The notes beneath the pieces were generated by a model. It was not told the origin of the DNA. It made no database searches and worked only from the letters and a program-made list of their open reading frames with translations. The translations under genes and the position numbers were made by a program. A DNA stretch of 48,262 nt from Shigella phage Sd1. Position 1 is the stretch's first letter. Each line of letters opens with the position of its first letter. Positions 16,251-26,451 of this stretch are shown here, in pieces. The DNA lies in the sequence record MF158042. The stretch is one strand, 5' to 3'.

Positions 16251-19200
16251 TTAGTAAACTCCAGTCAAACGACCAATCTGAACGCGAAGTCTTCCGTTAG
16301 CATCGGCAACCGAGATGGTCTGGTTCGTTTGCTTCATTTTACCCTCTCCGGCCGTTGAGCCGTTATTCTCGAAAGTGCCAGCCTTATCAAGCCTCCAACC
16401 AGTGTTATTTGCAACAAAGTTATTTGACTGAATAGCACCACCAATCTTCGCGTTAGTGATTGAACCGTCCTGAATCACCGCGCTCTGAATGAACACCTGG
16501 TTATTATCTACAACGAAAGGCAGCGACCACTGACCGGAACCAGAGCTAATGCCGTTGCTTATTGCGAACCTGTTAGCATCGAAAATGAACTGACTACGAA
16601 CATTTCCACCACTACCAGTTAACTCCATGCTCATACCAGCGCCGTACTCAACTCCATTGTACTTCAGACCAAGCTTAACGCCGTACTGAACACCAACGCC
16701 TTCGACCGTGGCATAAGAGTCAAGCTTCTGATTCAAGGCCGCCTCGTTATCTCCAAGCCTTGCGCTTAATTGAGTATCAGCTGTAGCCCTGGCTTCGGTC
16801 TCCGTAGCAAGCGCGGTTTCAATTGTCGTAATCTGACCAACAATCTCATCATCAATCTGCGCTTTAAGCTCTGTGAGAGCATCTACACGCGCCTGAGTTT
16901 CATCAGCAATCAAACTTACAGCCTGACGATATTCAGCCTTCCTTGCCCCATTCTCGCGCTTCATAACGCGAACATCAGTGTCGTTTGCCAGAGCATTCTC
17001 TATGATTGCCTCAGCCTGATTCTGGATGTCAGTATTTGCATCAATGGCGTTCTGGAGGAGATACTTGTAACCATCAGAGTTTTCGATATCAACCTTTATT
17101 TCACCAATGATTGCACTCACGTCATCGGATGCCATACCCCTGACAAAGTCAGTCCATGGAGATACGTTACCTATCCTGTCAATAATCCTTGCCCTGTACC
17201 ATCTTACGTTTCCTGCCGGCAAAGTTGTGTGCCAGTATTCGTACTGAGGATACGGAACCAGCGTAAGCAGTGACGCGTTCTCTGGGTTGTATGTACCATC
17301 ACCATTATCAGGAACCTGCTGAAGCTCAGTGTACGCAGTATCAGCTGAATCATTAGGAAACCCCCATTTAACCCTAATCCCGAAAACCTCATCATCAGAT
17401 GCGGTAATTACAGGCGGCGCAGAAGGCTCCCCAATCTTGCCAGTCAGGCTAACTGTCGTGATATCAGACCAAGCAGATACCGATTTCTGGTCAGTTACAG
17501 CACGAACCCTTACGTCGTAAATGCCGGCGTAAATGCCTTCAATATCAACCTCTGTGTTAGCCGTCTCTGGCACGTTAATCCAGTTGCCGTTATTCTTACG
17601 CCATTGTACGTTGTATGTTTTTGCATACTGCACCTTGTCGTAGCCAATAACCATCGTCTCAACGCTCAAACCCTGAACTACCTTACTGTAGCTAGTAACG
17701 GTGATATTTTCAGGTGGTAAAATCCTGTCGGGGTCAACGATGCTTGTTGGCCTGTCATCGATGTTTACACCATAGTCAATCTCATCGTACTTGTTAGGAT
17801 CATACTGAACAGCCGTGATGCTGTACTGGAATGAGTCCTCTCCGTCCGTGTTAGCTTTTTGAATACCGGTCACCACGTACTGCTGCAACGCCAGATTCTG
17901 CTTGTCGATTGCGAATACCGTATCCGGCTGAGGTGTGAAGCTAAATGCTGTATTCAGTTCAAGCGTCAACTTATCGGCAGATACCGAAGCGATAGTTCTG
18001 TACTCTGGGCTGCCATCTGGCTTGTTGATTAGAATCCTGTCGCCAGGGTCAGCATCAATAGCGAACGGAACAAAAACCTGCAATCCTGTAGCTTTAACAA
18101 TTCGCCCCGAAAGGTTCAATGTGTAGTTGCTAGACCACGCCTGGTCATTGACAGCAATCACATCACCAATCATAGGAATCATGCCTTCTAGGCCAGTTGT
18201 AAACGTTACCGTTTCACTGCGCAGGTTTGTTTTCAGCAACCAACGACCTCGTCGGTTAGCTTCACTGCGCCTTACGCATCCAATTGCAGTCAGGTCTACA
18301 GGGTTATAACCAAATCGGCGAGTTGCCTCAAGGTCGAATACCGGCTCCACATCTTGCTGGTAGTTGTTCTGCTCGTCATCAAACTGAACGTTGGCTGTCG
18401 TGTAAAGGCTCTTGTCGCTGGAAAACGTGCGGTTGAACAATCCATTAACTACGTTGTCATTAGTGAATACGTAGCTGGGTTGACGCGGCCTGTCCACTAC
18501 AATACCGATTTGCTCACCATCATAGAAAGTTAATCCACGGAAGATTGAGCAGATATCACGAATCAGCTGGTACGCTTCAACTTTCTGTTGCATGACAACG
18601 TTGCAAGTGTAACGCGGCTCCAATCCACCCTTTCCATCAGGAACCATCTGGTCGCAGAATTGCGCAGCTTCATACAGACCCCATTTATCAATCTCAACGC
18701 CAAGTTCACGCTGATCTAAGCCATAACGCTGACTAACCACCAGATCATATAAAACCCAGGCCGGGTTGTCAGACCATGCCATTTTAAATGTTCCATTCCA
18801 TGTGCCGCTATAAGTCCTTGTCTCTGGATTGTAGTTTGTCGGTACGCGGATAAGTTTCCACTTCTTCTTAATGGCTATCGTTGGGATCCCGTTAGGGAAC
18901 AGGTCGGAACTAAACTCCACGTAAACAAGTGCTGTTAGCGGGTAACGGAACTTAGCGTCGATTACTTCCTGATAGGTTGTAATCTGCATTCCGTTAACCA
19001 TGGTGCTGCTTGTTGAGTCTGGCGTTAACTTCCTAATACGAACAAGAGCGCTGCTAAACTCGGCTGGTAGGTTAACCCTGATGCTACGGTCGTAACCTGT
19101 TGTAGTTTTACCGTTAGCCACGCCTCTGGTATATTCAGTGTACGCTGAGCCATTAACTGATAAATCGATTGCATATTCGCATGTTGTGCCATTTAAATCT

Positions 19201-19646
19201 CCATTCTCTTCTTGCTTAACGAGCCTAGGCCAGAACAGCTTAACGCGGATTGCTGAAAGCTGACTGTTGTTAACTGCGATGATGTAAGGTGTATCATTGT
19301 TAATCTCACGACTAACCTGAATCTCGGATGCTGCACCATCTAGTCCTGATATGTAATCTTGAGATTGAGTGCCCGGGCGAAACTCAGCGGTTACACCTTC
19401 ATAGTTGAATGAGTTGTCCTGGTTCTGCACTGGAACATCAGCAAGGTAAACATCCTTTAGTGAGAAGCTAGAATCAACCTCACCATCAGCAACCGCAAGC
19501 AGAACCTTAATCTTGTTTAGTGAAATCAGGTTATCTTCTTGCTCTACAGGCGTGTGCGGCTTCTTGCTACCACCCTTGCTTCCATAAATCTTTGGCAAAT
19601 CGGCCATATCATATAACCTCGTTATTTGTTTAACCATTTGTGCCAT
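16251..19646 (-). CDS. Tail tip / host-specificity protein (lambda J-like, 1131 aa)
   Basis: Very large protein directly downstream of I/K/L/M-like genes; size and position typical of central tail fiber. Confidence 0.7.
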   Translation of the reverse strand: MAQMVKQITRLYDMADLPKIYGSKGGSKKPHTPVEQEDNLISLNKIKVLLAVADGEVDSSFSLKDVYLADVPVQNQDNSFNYEGVTAEFRPGTQSQDYISGLDGAASEIQVSREINNDTPYIIAVNNSQLSAIRVKLFWPRLVKQEENGDLNGTTCEYAIDLSVNGSAYTEYTRGVANGKTTTGYDRSIRVNLPAEFSSALVRIRKLTPDSTSSTMVNGMQITTYQEVIDAKFRYPLTALVYVEFSSDLFPNGIPTIAIKKKWKLIRVPTNYNPETRTYSGTWNGTFKMAWSDNPAWVLYDLVVSQRYGLDQRELGVEIDKWGLYEAAQFCDQMVPDGKGGLEPRYTCNVVMQQKVEAYQLIRDICSIFRGLTFYDGEQIGIVVDRPRQPSYVFTNDNVVNGLFNRTFSSDKSLYTTANVQFDDEQNNYQQDVEPVFDLEATRRFGYNPVDLTAIGCVRRSEANRRGRWLLKTNLRSETVTFTTGLEGMIPMIGDVIAVNDQAWSSNYTLNLSGRIVKATGLQVFVPFAIDADPGDRILINKPDGSPEYRTIASVSADKLTLELNTAFSFTPQPDTVFAIDKQNLALQQYVVTGIQKANTDGEDSFQYSITAVQYDPNKYDEIDYGVNIDDRPTSIVDPDRILPPENITVTSYSKVVQGLSVETMVIGYDKVQYAKTYNVQWRKNNGNWINVPETANTEVDIEGIYAGIYDVRVRAVTDQKSVSAWSDITTVSLTGKIGEPSAPPVITASDDEVFGIRVKWGFPNDSADTAYTELQQVPDNGDGTYNPENASLLTLVPYPQYEYWHTTLPAGNVRWYRARIIDRIGNVSPWTDFVRGMASDDVSAIIGEIKVDIENSDGYKYLLQNAIDANTDIQNQAEAIIENALANDTDVRVMKRENGARKAEYRQAVSLIADETQARVDALTELKAQIDDEIVGQITTIETALATETEARATADTQLSARLGDNEAALNQKLDSYATVEGVGVQYGVKLGLKYNGVEYGAGMSMELTGSGGNVRSQFIFDANRFAISNGISSGSGQWSLPFVVDNNQVFIQSAVIQDGSITNAKIGGAIQSNNFVANNTGWRLDKAGTFENNGSTAGEGKMKQTNQTISVADANGRLRVQIGRLTGVY

Positions 19647-19651
19647 TCTAC

Positions 19652-19682
19652 ACTAAATAAAAAACCCGCACTAGGCGGGTTG
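19652..19682 (-). terminator. Rho-independent terminator after HNH gene, immediately upstream of J start
   Basis: acccgc/gcgggt stem followed by TTTTTATTT on the minus strand. Confidence 0.6.
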
Positions 19683-19687
19683 TGATT

Positions 19688-20176
19688 TTACTTGCCGTGC
19701 CTCTCAGTGTATTCACCGTTAAGGTTCTCCGCGCTCTTCCTGGCGCACACAGCCTCAAACCAATCATCAAATAGACCTAAATGTTTTCTCTTTTTGTTTA
19801 TTGATATAGTAACCCACCACATTCCAGTTAGCTTGTGAAAACCCACTCCTGCAACGCCACTCTTGTTGTCAGACCTTTTTGACCTGTTTTTTGAGTTTAT
19901 AGATGAGGATACGACTCTTAAGTTTTCAGCTGAGTTATCTAATCTATCTCCGTTTATGTGGTCAATCTCCATGCCATCTGGAGGCATCTTGAACCCATTC
20001 CTAAGATACCAAAGTATCCTATGCGATGCAGTTTGCTTATCATTTAGCTTCACATACCTGTATCCAGAATGATGGATGAATCCAGCCTCAACTCCTATGT
20101 TTGCTGCGTTATTTCTTGCTGACTTCCAATAAAGTTTTCCGTCAATCTCGTAGAGGTAATCCTCGAATCTCTGCAT
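19688..20176 (-). CDS. HNH endonuclease with AP2-like DNA-binding domain (homing-endonuclease-like)
   Basis: MEIDHINGDRLDNSAENLRVV (HNH motif) followed by GVAGVGFHKLTGMWWVTISINKKRKHLGLF (AP2-like). Confidence 0.7.
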   Translation of the reverse strand: MQRFEDYLYEIDGKLYWKSARNNAANIGVEAGFIHHSGYRYVKLNDKQTASHRILWYLRNGFKMPPDGMEIDHINGDRLDNSAENLRVVSSSINSKNRSKRSDNKSGVAGVGFHKLTGMWWVTISINKKRKHLGLFDDWFEAVCARKSAENLNGEYTERHGK

Positions 20177-20233
20177 TTTAAGTCACCTAAAGAATAAATC
20201 CTGAGGTGACTGTAATGCAGAATGATTCAATTA

Positions 20234-20815
20234 TCAAGAAATATCTTCACTATAACTTCCTGCCGAAAACACAGCACCACCAACCGTCCGATATCCATAA
20301 GGTAAGCAAACCGGGTTTCCTGCTGCAATGGTGTTAACCGCCGATCCGAATGCGTATGAAGCTCGGTTACTCGTTTGTGATGCCTGGTCATTCAATCCCG
20401 TAGCCTGTGGGGCAAGCAACTGCGATACACCACCAGCTGCAAGTCCAATACCAGCAGTAAGAAGAACTGTAGCCGCACCACCAGTAAAGATAAAAGAAGC
20501 ACCAATCAATGCAGCGCCAAGTAGTGTTTGAAACAAACCGCCAGACTTGCGACCTTGAGGGATTGGCATAATCCTAATCTCTCTAACCGCTGAGAAATCA
20601 GATAGCCTGTGCTCATTAAGATTCTTGCCATCAGCGAATACTGCAAACCTTGTGTTCTGGCCCACATGACTACCCATGAATTCTTTAAAAGCTGGGTAGT
20701 TAATGCATAATGCTCGCAGAGCTTCAGGTACGGACTTAACGCAGAGTTTGTGCACTCGCCCAAACCTGCGCCCCAAACCTAATCCCAACTTAACATCAAT
20801 CACGTTCTGGGTCAT
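20234..20815 (-). CDS. Tail assembly protein (lambda I-like)
   Basis: Position after K-like gene; C-terminal Gly/Ala-rich hydrophobic segment; ATG with ggagg SD. Confidence 0.5.
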   Translation of the reverse strand: MTQNVIDVKLGLGLGRRFGRVHKLCVKSVPEALRALCINYPAFKEFMGSHVGQNTRFAVFADGKNLNEHRLSDFSAVREIRIMPIPQGRKSGGLFQTLLGAALIGASFIFTGGAATVLLTAGIGLAAGGVSQLLAPQATGLNDQASQTSNRASYAFGSAVNTIAAGNPVCLPYGYRTVGGAVFSAGSYSEDIS

Positions 20816-21542
20816 AACCCGCATCCTCCGGTAAATCTTTATGTCTTACGATTCGTACAGTCCTCTCACGATAGTAATCGCCGTACAAATCAACCTTGCT
20901 CATCTTACCATATAAATGGTGCAGAATTTTATTGTCACCAATGTAGATTGCGGCGTGGTTTGTCTTCTCGCTTTGAATCTGCATCATAATCATTGATCCA
21001 ATGGGAATGTCATTACCCATAACTAATTCGAAACCCTCTAACTCCCAGTTGTCATCGTAGATATTGTCAGTGTATTCATTTGTCCACCATTGGTAATCAA
21101 CTCGATAATCATTCAGCTTAACTCCATAATTGCCGTGGTAAGCCATAATAAGACCCCAGCAATCGAAGCTACCCAAACCCCAAGGTCTGCCAGCCAGAGG
21201 CATTTTTTCAGGCTGAAGAACTCGCAAATCACCCTCAGGGATACTAACAATAATATAAGGCAGCTCACACTCGTTACAGCTACAGATATCGGCTGCGCTT
21301 GGTATAGTCGTAGCGCCGTCGCCAGTATGAGAGTGAACAACATAAACCACATTACTTTCATCTGAAATCTCCATGAATTCTGCTGGGTCAAGAATGAATG
21401 ATTGCTCGGGTGTTTTGGATACGTTTGTAATCCTGTGATACTTCTGCGCCATTCCCTTTTGAGTTACAACCCCGCAAGATTCCTGCGGGTAAACCTCGTT
21501 TGCGTGTCGAAATATTTCGAGTTTGCATTTTGGTGTTAACAT
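20796..21542 (-). CDS. Tail assembly protein (lambda K-like; JAB/MPN plus NlpC/P60-like)
   Basis: HSHTGDG metal-binding-like motif and Cys/His residues in C-terminal half; position between L-like and I-like genes. Confidence 0.6.
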   Translation of the reverse strand: MLTPKCKLEIFRHANEVYPQESCGVVTQKGMAQKYHRITNVSKTPEQSFILDPAEFMEISDESNVVYVVHSHTGDGATTIPSAADICSCNECELPYIIVSIPEGDLRVLQPEKMPLAGRPWGLGSFDCWGLIMAYHGNYGVKLNDYRVDYQWWTNEYTDNIYDDNWELEGFELVMGNDIPIGSMIMMQIQSEKTNHAAIYIGDNKILHHLYGKMSKVDLYGDYYRERTVRIVRHKDLPEDAGYDPERD

Positions 21543-21553
21543 TATTACCCCCC

Positions 21554-22318
21554 TTAGTTTTGGTTTGCTTTCGCTTGCAGGCTTGCAGCAGCACAGCCGC
21601 CAAAATCTAATTGATTGTTAGCACCGAACCTTAACTTACAGGCGGTCACGGTTCCAGCGCAGAAGTCTTGAGATGGGTCAGTCACAGGCGCGTTGTCCTT
21701 ATCGAAATATCGAGTGCCCATGTAGTTACATCCATTCCCTGAGCGGTAAAGTCCTCGCTGAGCCCAATAACAAACAGACTGAACCAGTCGCGCAGGAATG
21801 TAAATGCCATCCATATCCATTGGGCTAGTTAGTTCAAATGACGCCGTGTTATAGTCAACCTGCTTCGGTCGCTCAATGAAGTAAACCAACTTACGGTAAT
21901 CCCCATCAGCAATGGTGCCATCTTCGTTAATGTTCTCTCGAAGTGTGATCCAGATAGTAACCTTGGCCTGAACAAGCCCGTTGTAAGTGCGGATAAGCGC
22001 CGAGATGTTTTGGTCAACGTTTGATACAACCAGCGTTACCTTGTTTGCCTTTCCGTCAGAAGTCATGTTAATTCCCTGAATACCGAAAGGCCTAGCACCG
22101 TACTCCTCACCTCTGAAAGTTATTGTCTTTGCTGGTAGCGGCTGACCAGTTGACTGAGCCATCATAATCTCTTCAGGTGTATAGCTGATGTTCTCCCCAT
22201 GAAAGCGATAAATGCGCCCTCCAAACTTGCTGCCGTCCACTTCAATTAGTGTAACAACCTCACCAGGGAACAAGCTTTGTAATTGATTCTCAAACTTAGT
22301 GCTTAATGGCGTTGCCAT
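21554..22318 (-). CDS. Minor tail protein (lambda L-like)
   Basis: Position and size; start at MATPLS with ggag SD. Confidence 0.55.
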   Translation of the reverse strand: MATPLSTKFENQLQSLFPGEVVTLIEVDGSKFGGRIYRFHGENISYTPEEIMMAQSTGQPLPAKTITFRGEEYGARPFGIQGINMTSDGKANKVTLVVSNVDQNISALIRTYNGLVQAKVTIWITLRENINEDGTIADGDYRKLVYFIERPKQVDYNTASFELTSPMDMDGIYIPARLVQSVCYWAQRGLYRSGNGCNYMGTRYFDKDNAPVTDPSQDFCAGTVTACKLRFGANNQLDFGGCAAASLQAKANQN

Positions 22319-22330
22319 AATATTTCTCCA

Positions 22331-22353
22331 ATAAAAAGGGCCCTGTAGGGCCC
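22331..22353 (-). terminator. Intra-operon hairpin terminator (gggccc-tgta-gggccc)
   Basis: Perfect 6-bp GC stem followed by TTTTTATT on the minus strand. Confidence 0.55.
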
Positions 22354-22364
22354 ATATTAACACT

Positions 22365-22715
22365 TTATGTCATGCTAGTAAAAACTTCGGTAAACTTCAT
22401 TGATACAGTCTGCACCTCCCTGGTATTTGGTGTAACACTGATGCTGTCCTGTGCCACAACAAACAGCTTAAGATCACCCTGTGGAGTTGTCCATGCAAAA
22501 GGGGTGATGATATGCGCAAAGCAGAAGTCCAACACTTCCTTCCAGTTGGTGTTGGTGTAGGTCATGTTGTAGGTTCTGACGTTTGTGTTATATCCTCCAC
22601 TTCCAATCTGCCTGTAACCATTACCGAATGAAACACTCCTTACATTGCTTGCGTTGGTAAATGATCCGCCGCCATTTTGAACCTGTGTACAAAAAGTAAA
22701 AGTATCTAATGCCAT
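22365..22715 (-). CDS. Minor tail protein (lambda M-like)
   Basis: Size and position directly downstream of tape measure gene. Confidence 0.5.
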   Translation of the reverse strand: MALDTFTFCTQVQNGGGSFTNASNVRSVSFGNGYRQIGSGGYNTNVRTYNMTYTNTNWKEVLDFCFAHIITPFAWTTPQGDLKLFVVAQDSISVTPNTREVQTVSMKFTEVFTSMT

Positions 22716-22746
22716 TTAAAATCCTTAGAGGCCGAAGCCCCATTTA

Positions 22747-25713
22747 TTAACTATAACCACGCAAGAACTGGTAAGCAGTCCCGCCTTGCTGGAAGGATTG
22801 AGTAATCTCTTCCGCGATGATAACCCTGATACCAGATTCTAACTGTTTAGCGTCATTACCGGCACCACCACCAAGACCTGTCTGAACGGTAACATTCACG
22901 CCACCGACATTAACATTGCTTCCGCTAACAAGTCCACCAGTCGCATATCCAGGACCAGAACCGACAATACCTCCGTTTGCGTACCCGCGCATCAGCTTGT
23001 ACAGGTTATCCACACCAATCCTTGATGTTGCCTCTTTTGTGAATACAAACTCTCCACGATGAACTGTGCCTGCTGGCTCATATTTTCCACCATTACCAGT
23101 GTAGCCGCCAGAGGCAAAGCCAATAGAGCTAGCAATAGAGCCAATCGCGCCGCCACTACCACCAAAACTTGAGATGGTTGACTCAATTGCCTTAATCAAA
23201 AGAAGCTGAGTTGCAATGCGTGCAATCTGCTTCAAAATTGACGCGGTAAACTCACGGAAGTTGGCCTCTCCAGTAGTTACCAGGTTTGTGATCTGGTCAG
23301 TCAATCCATTGAATGCGCTCATTGCTAGCTCAGAACCAATCTGATTGAAGTTTGCTAATTCATCAGCAGTCTCAGCGAACGCAGACTTAACACCAGCTAG
23401 CCAGTTGCCACGTAACGCGTCCTCCTGGTTGTAGAAATTCTGACGAGCCTGAAGTAAAGCCTGGAAGTCAGTGTCATCTACGGAGCCTCCTTTAGAAACC
23501 TGCTGTGCTTCTAGCGCTGCCAACTCACGCCGCCTTTCAGCTTCACGTTGAGATAATCCAGCGCCAGTACTAATTGATGCCGCTTCAGCGTTAATCTGTC
23601 GAGTTTTCTTGATATTGTCATCAAGCAACTTATTGGCGCGCTCCTGCAATACAATCTGATCACCAAGCTCAGCCTTCTCTCTAGCAAGGCCAAGAATCTT
23701 ATCCTGCTGAAGTAGTAACCTTCGCTGCTCCTTTGTAATGGTGCCATCAGCAAGCCTTTCATTGAGGATAGCAAACTTAGCCTCTTCTGCGAATAGCTGC
23801 TTTCGCTCGTTACTGATTACATCACTAATCTGGCGGTGCTCCTGAAGAACCTTAAGCTGCGCCTGAAGAGCTAAAACGCCTGACTCGTAGCTGATTGTAA
23901 GGTCCCTCTGGTCCTTAACTCCTTGCTTTCTCTTCTTGTTTGCCTCCTCAATATCCTTAAGCTCCTGCTCCCTGGCCTTTCTGCGCTTCTCGAACTCAGC
24001 ATCGGATTCACCAGTTCTCTGCTGCTCTTCCTGGGTTGGGGTAACGTAACCAAGTTCACCCTTGCGAATCCTTGCATCACGTTCCGCTACGGACTTAACT
24101 AACTCTTCATTGGCTTTCTTAATTCCCTCATTCTGCTTTTCGAACTGCTGAACTAGCTCACTACCAACTCCATCAGCGCCAGGGATATTCTGGAATGCTT
24201 TAATTGTTGAGATCAGGAAGTTGTTGATCAGAACATCACCCTGGCCAATCAGCAACTGAATCTGCTCAATAGTACCAGCAACAACGTCTACTATAAGGTT
24301 TAGTGCGCCAAGCGTCCTGTTCCCGATATCCGTCCAAACCCGAGAAACGAAGTTTTTGAAGCTATCCCAAGCCTTCTCAAGCGGCGTTAGAGACTCCGCG
24401 ACTTTTGTTAAGCGATTCTCCATTACATCAGCAAATAGCTTAGTAGCCGCCGTTACAGCCTGCGTCTGACCCTCTGTAACCCTAATTTGCTCGATGTACT
24501 TAAGCTGGCCAGCGGTTAAGAAGTTAAACTGCTTATCAAGTTCAGCCAGGCCTTTGACCGGGTCATTTGCGATTTTATCGAAGTTCTTAACGATATCATC
24601 AGCGGAATCACCAGTGACTGTGGCCCAGCGCGCAGTCGCCTCAGTAATAATTGAAATCTGAGCTACCGTGCGGTTCCCACTTGCGACCAATCCATTAGCA
24701 ATCTCGTGGCCAAGACCTTGAGTTGCGCCTGCAGCCTCAGCCGCATTCCTTGCCAGTTTCTGAACTGCGCCAGCTGATAAGTTCGCTGATTGCCCGGTCA
24801 GGGTAAGCGTCTGGTTTAGCTGTGAAGTGTTCTGATAAGCCTGATAAGCAGACAATCCCAGAGCACCAAGAGCAACACCGAGAGCTCCAGCTGCGACAAC
24901 GAACGGGTTTAATGCAGCAAGTGCAAACCTGAATGTATTCGCTACGCCTCCAAAGCTATCCTTAATCTGACCGCCTTGCTGAATTGCGATTAGCCAGATT
25001 GGAATGCCGCCAGCTAATGAAGTTCCAATATCTGTAATCTGCGCTGGCAGCGTACGGATTGCGTTCTTATACTGCCCCACTGATAATCCAGAGCGCTGCA
25101 ATGCCTGAGATTGCCTTGTTAATGCTGCTGCGGATTGGTCAGCTGCCGCTCCGATTTGTGCAATAATTGGCGCCGCCTGGCTTGAAACTCCTAACTCTGC
25201 CGCCCTTAACTTTAACAACTCCTCGCGAGTTAATGTTGCCGCCTGGGCCTCAGCTTGTAGTGACTTAAGGAATCTTTCCGCTTGGGTTGCAGCTTGAGCC
25301 TTGGCTTTTGAAGCCTCGATTGCAGCCCTGCCTTCCTCAGTCAATGCGCGCTGTGAATTACGAAGCCTGTTAGTCTGAGTCTCCAGAGCCTCGCTTAAAC
25401 GGTAGAATTCAGCTTCAGGAATAACGCCAGCGGAGAAGGATTTATCCAGTGCGTCAGCTGCTTCCTGCAGTTTGCGAAGCTTTCCTGCGGTTGGATCAAT
25501 TGCGGTTTGCAACTGACGGAATGCTGTTCGCTGCTCAGAAAGATATCTGGCAGTATCGCGAGCCTGATTCTTCGCAACCAGCTCGGCGTTGACGAACTCA
25601 CTAACACCAGCTGCCGCCTGCTCATTGGCACGTTTAAATTCTTGCAGGGACTTTGTGCCCTGGTCAACCTGGCGAACGTCAACGCCAAGTGTGATACCTG
25701 CAAATTCTGCCAT
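22747..25713 (-). CDS. Tail tape measure protein
   Basis: About 990 aa, Ala/Gln/Leu-rich coiled-coil composition, follows G/GT chaperone; start at MAEFAGI with ggagg SD. Confidence 0.75.
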   Translation of the reverse strand: MAEFAGITLGVDVRQVDQGTKSLQEFKRANEQAAAGVSEFVNAELVAKNQARDTARYLSEQRTAFRQLQTAIDPTAGKLRKLQEAADALDKSFSAGVIPEAEFYRLSEALETQTNRLRNSQRALTEEGRAAIEASKAKAQAATQAERFLKSLQAEAQAATLTREELLKLRAAELGVSSQAAPIIAQIGAAADQSAAALTRQSQALQRSGLSVGQYKNAIRTLPAQITDIGTSLAGGIPIWLIAIQQGGQIKDSFGGVANTFRFALAALNPFVVAAGALGVALGALGLSAYQAYQNTSQLNQTLTLTGQSANLSAGAVQKLARNAAEAAGATQGLGHEIANGLVASGNRTVAQISIITEATARWATVTGDSADDIVKNFDKIANDPVKGLAELDKQFNFLTAGQLKYIEQIRVTEGQTQAVTAATKLFADVMENRLTKVAESLTPLEKAWDSFKNFVSRVWTDIGNRTLGALNLIVDVVAGTIEQIQLLIGQGDVLINNFLISTIKAFQNIPGADGVGSELVQQFEKQNEGIKKANEELVKSVAERDARIRKGELGYVTPTQEEQQRTGESDAEFEKRRKAREQELKDIEEANKKRKQGVKDQRDLTISYESGVLALQAQLKVLQEHRQISDVISNERKQLFAEEAKFAILNERLADGTITKEQRRLLLQQDKILGLAREKAELGDQIVLQERANKLLDDNIKKTRQINAEAASISTGAGLSQREAERRRELAALEAQQVSKGGSVDDTDFQALLQARQNFYNQEDALRGNWLAGVKSAFAETADELANFNQIGSELAMSAFNGLTDQITNLVTTGEANFREFTASILKQIARIATQLLLIKAIESTISSFGGSGGAIGSIASSIGFASGGYTGNGGKYEPAGTVHRGEFVFTKEATSRIGVDNLYKLMRGYANGGIVGSGPGYATGGLVSGSNVNVGGVNVTVQTGLGGGAGNDAKQLESGIRVIIAEEITQSFQQGGTAYQFLRGYS

Positions 25714-25722
25714 GTAACCTCC

Positions 25723-25756
25723 ATAAAAAAACCTCCACAAAGGGAGGTTATTTTTG
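25723..25756. terminator. Hairpin (acctcc-N6-ggaggt) between GT and tape measure genes
   Basis: GC stem with A-run and T-run on either side; overlaps stop codon of the GT frame. Confidence 0.5.
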
Positions 25757-26409
25757 CCTTACTTGCATCATCTCAAGTGCTTTGCACTCCAGTATTCGCA
25801 AGTCATTTAAAGTCATCTCTTTGTCCTTGACATTATACACATCAAAGAGGAAAGGGAGTACTGAATAATCTATTCCGGTAGCGCCGCTCATACCTACACG
25901 CCATTGAGTTGAAGCTGCCTGATAAACATTCCATGCAAGCATCATGTCATCATCGAAGTATAACTCTTCCGGCTCCTCATCTTCATAATCGGAACGCCGC
26001 ATGCCAATAGCTTCAAGTTCGGCGTCCGTTGGCTCTCTTTGGTATTGTAGATATACAGCGCGTTTTAGTTTTTTGCTCGCTGACCCGCCAAAGCCTGCAT
26101 ATAAGCGTTAGTCAGTGCCAGGACGGATGCCGGGAACAGGGATACCAGCTCTTCGATGTTCTCGTCGTTGAATTCTTCTTCAAGGTTCCAACCGCTGCAA
26201 ATCTCTTTAACAAAGTCAAAGTCCTTAAGGCCTTCGGTCTGGAATACTTCCTGAATCTCTTTAGCCTTGCGATGCTTTGCTGTAAAGATAACCTCAGCTT
26301 CTTCTCCGTTAATCATCTGGAATTTTACAGGTAACTTGAAGTCAGGCAATGCGCCAAGTTTGAGTTTGAATTTTGCCATTTTTATTACTCCTCTCGTAAG
26401 TTGAAGCAT
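25748..26409 (-). CDS. Tail assembly chaperone G-T fusion made by programmed -1 frameshift
   Basis: Slippery heptamer A_AAA_AAC (minus strand, about 26068-26074) immediately before the G stop codon; the -1 frame is open from there to 25748. Confidence 0.55.
26065..26379 (-). CDS. Tail assembly chaperone (G-like)
   Basis: Small acidic protein between major tail and tape measure genes; start at MAKFKL with gaggag SD. Confidence 0.6.
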   Translation of the reverse strand: MAKFKLKLGALPDFKLPVKFQMINGEEAEVIFTAKHRKAKEIQEVFQTEGLKDFDFVKEICSGWNLEEEFNDENIEELVSLFPASVLALTNAYMQALAGQRAKN

Positions 26410-26413
26410 GATT

Positions 26414-26444
26414 ATAAAATAAAAAAGCCCTCATTGCGAGGGCC
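26414..26444 (-). terminator. Rho-independent terminator after major tail protein gene
   Basis: gccctc/gagggc stem followed by TTTTTTATTTT on the minus strand. Confidence 0.65.
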
Positions 26445-26451
26445 TTGTAAC

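Noticed and set aside
16770-18309. Plus-strand ORFs inside the J-like tail gene
   Set aside because: Antisense to a 1131-aa gene; no independent support.
22992-25830. Multiple short ORFs on both strands within the tape measure gene
   Set aside because: Nested in a long coding sequence with repetitive Ala/Gln/Leu composition.
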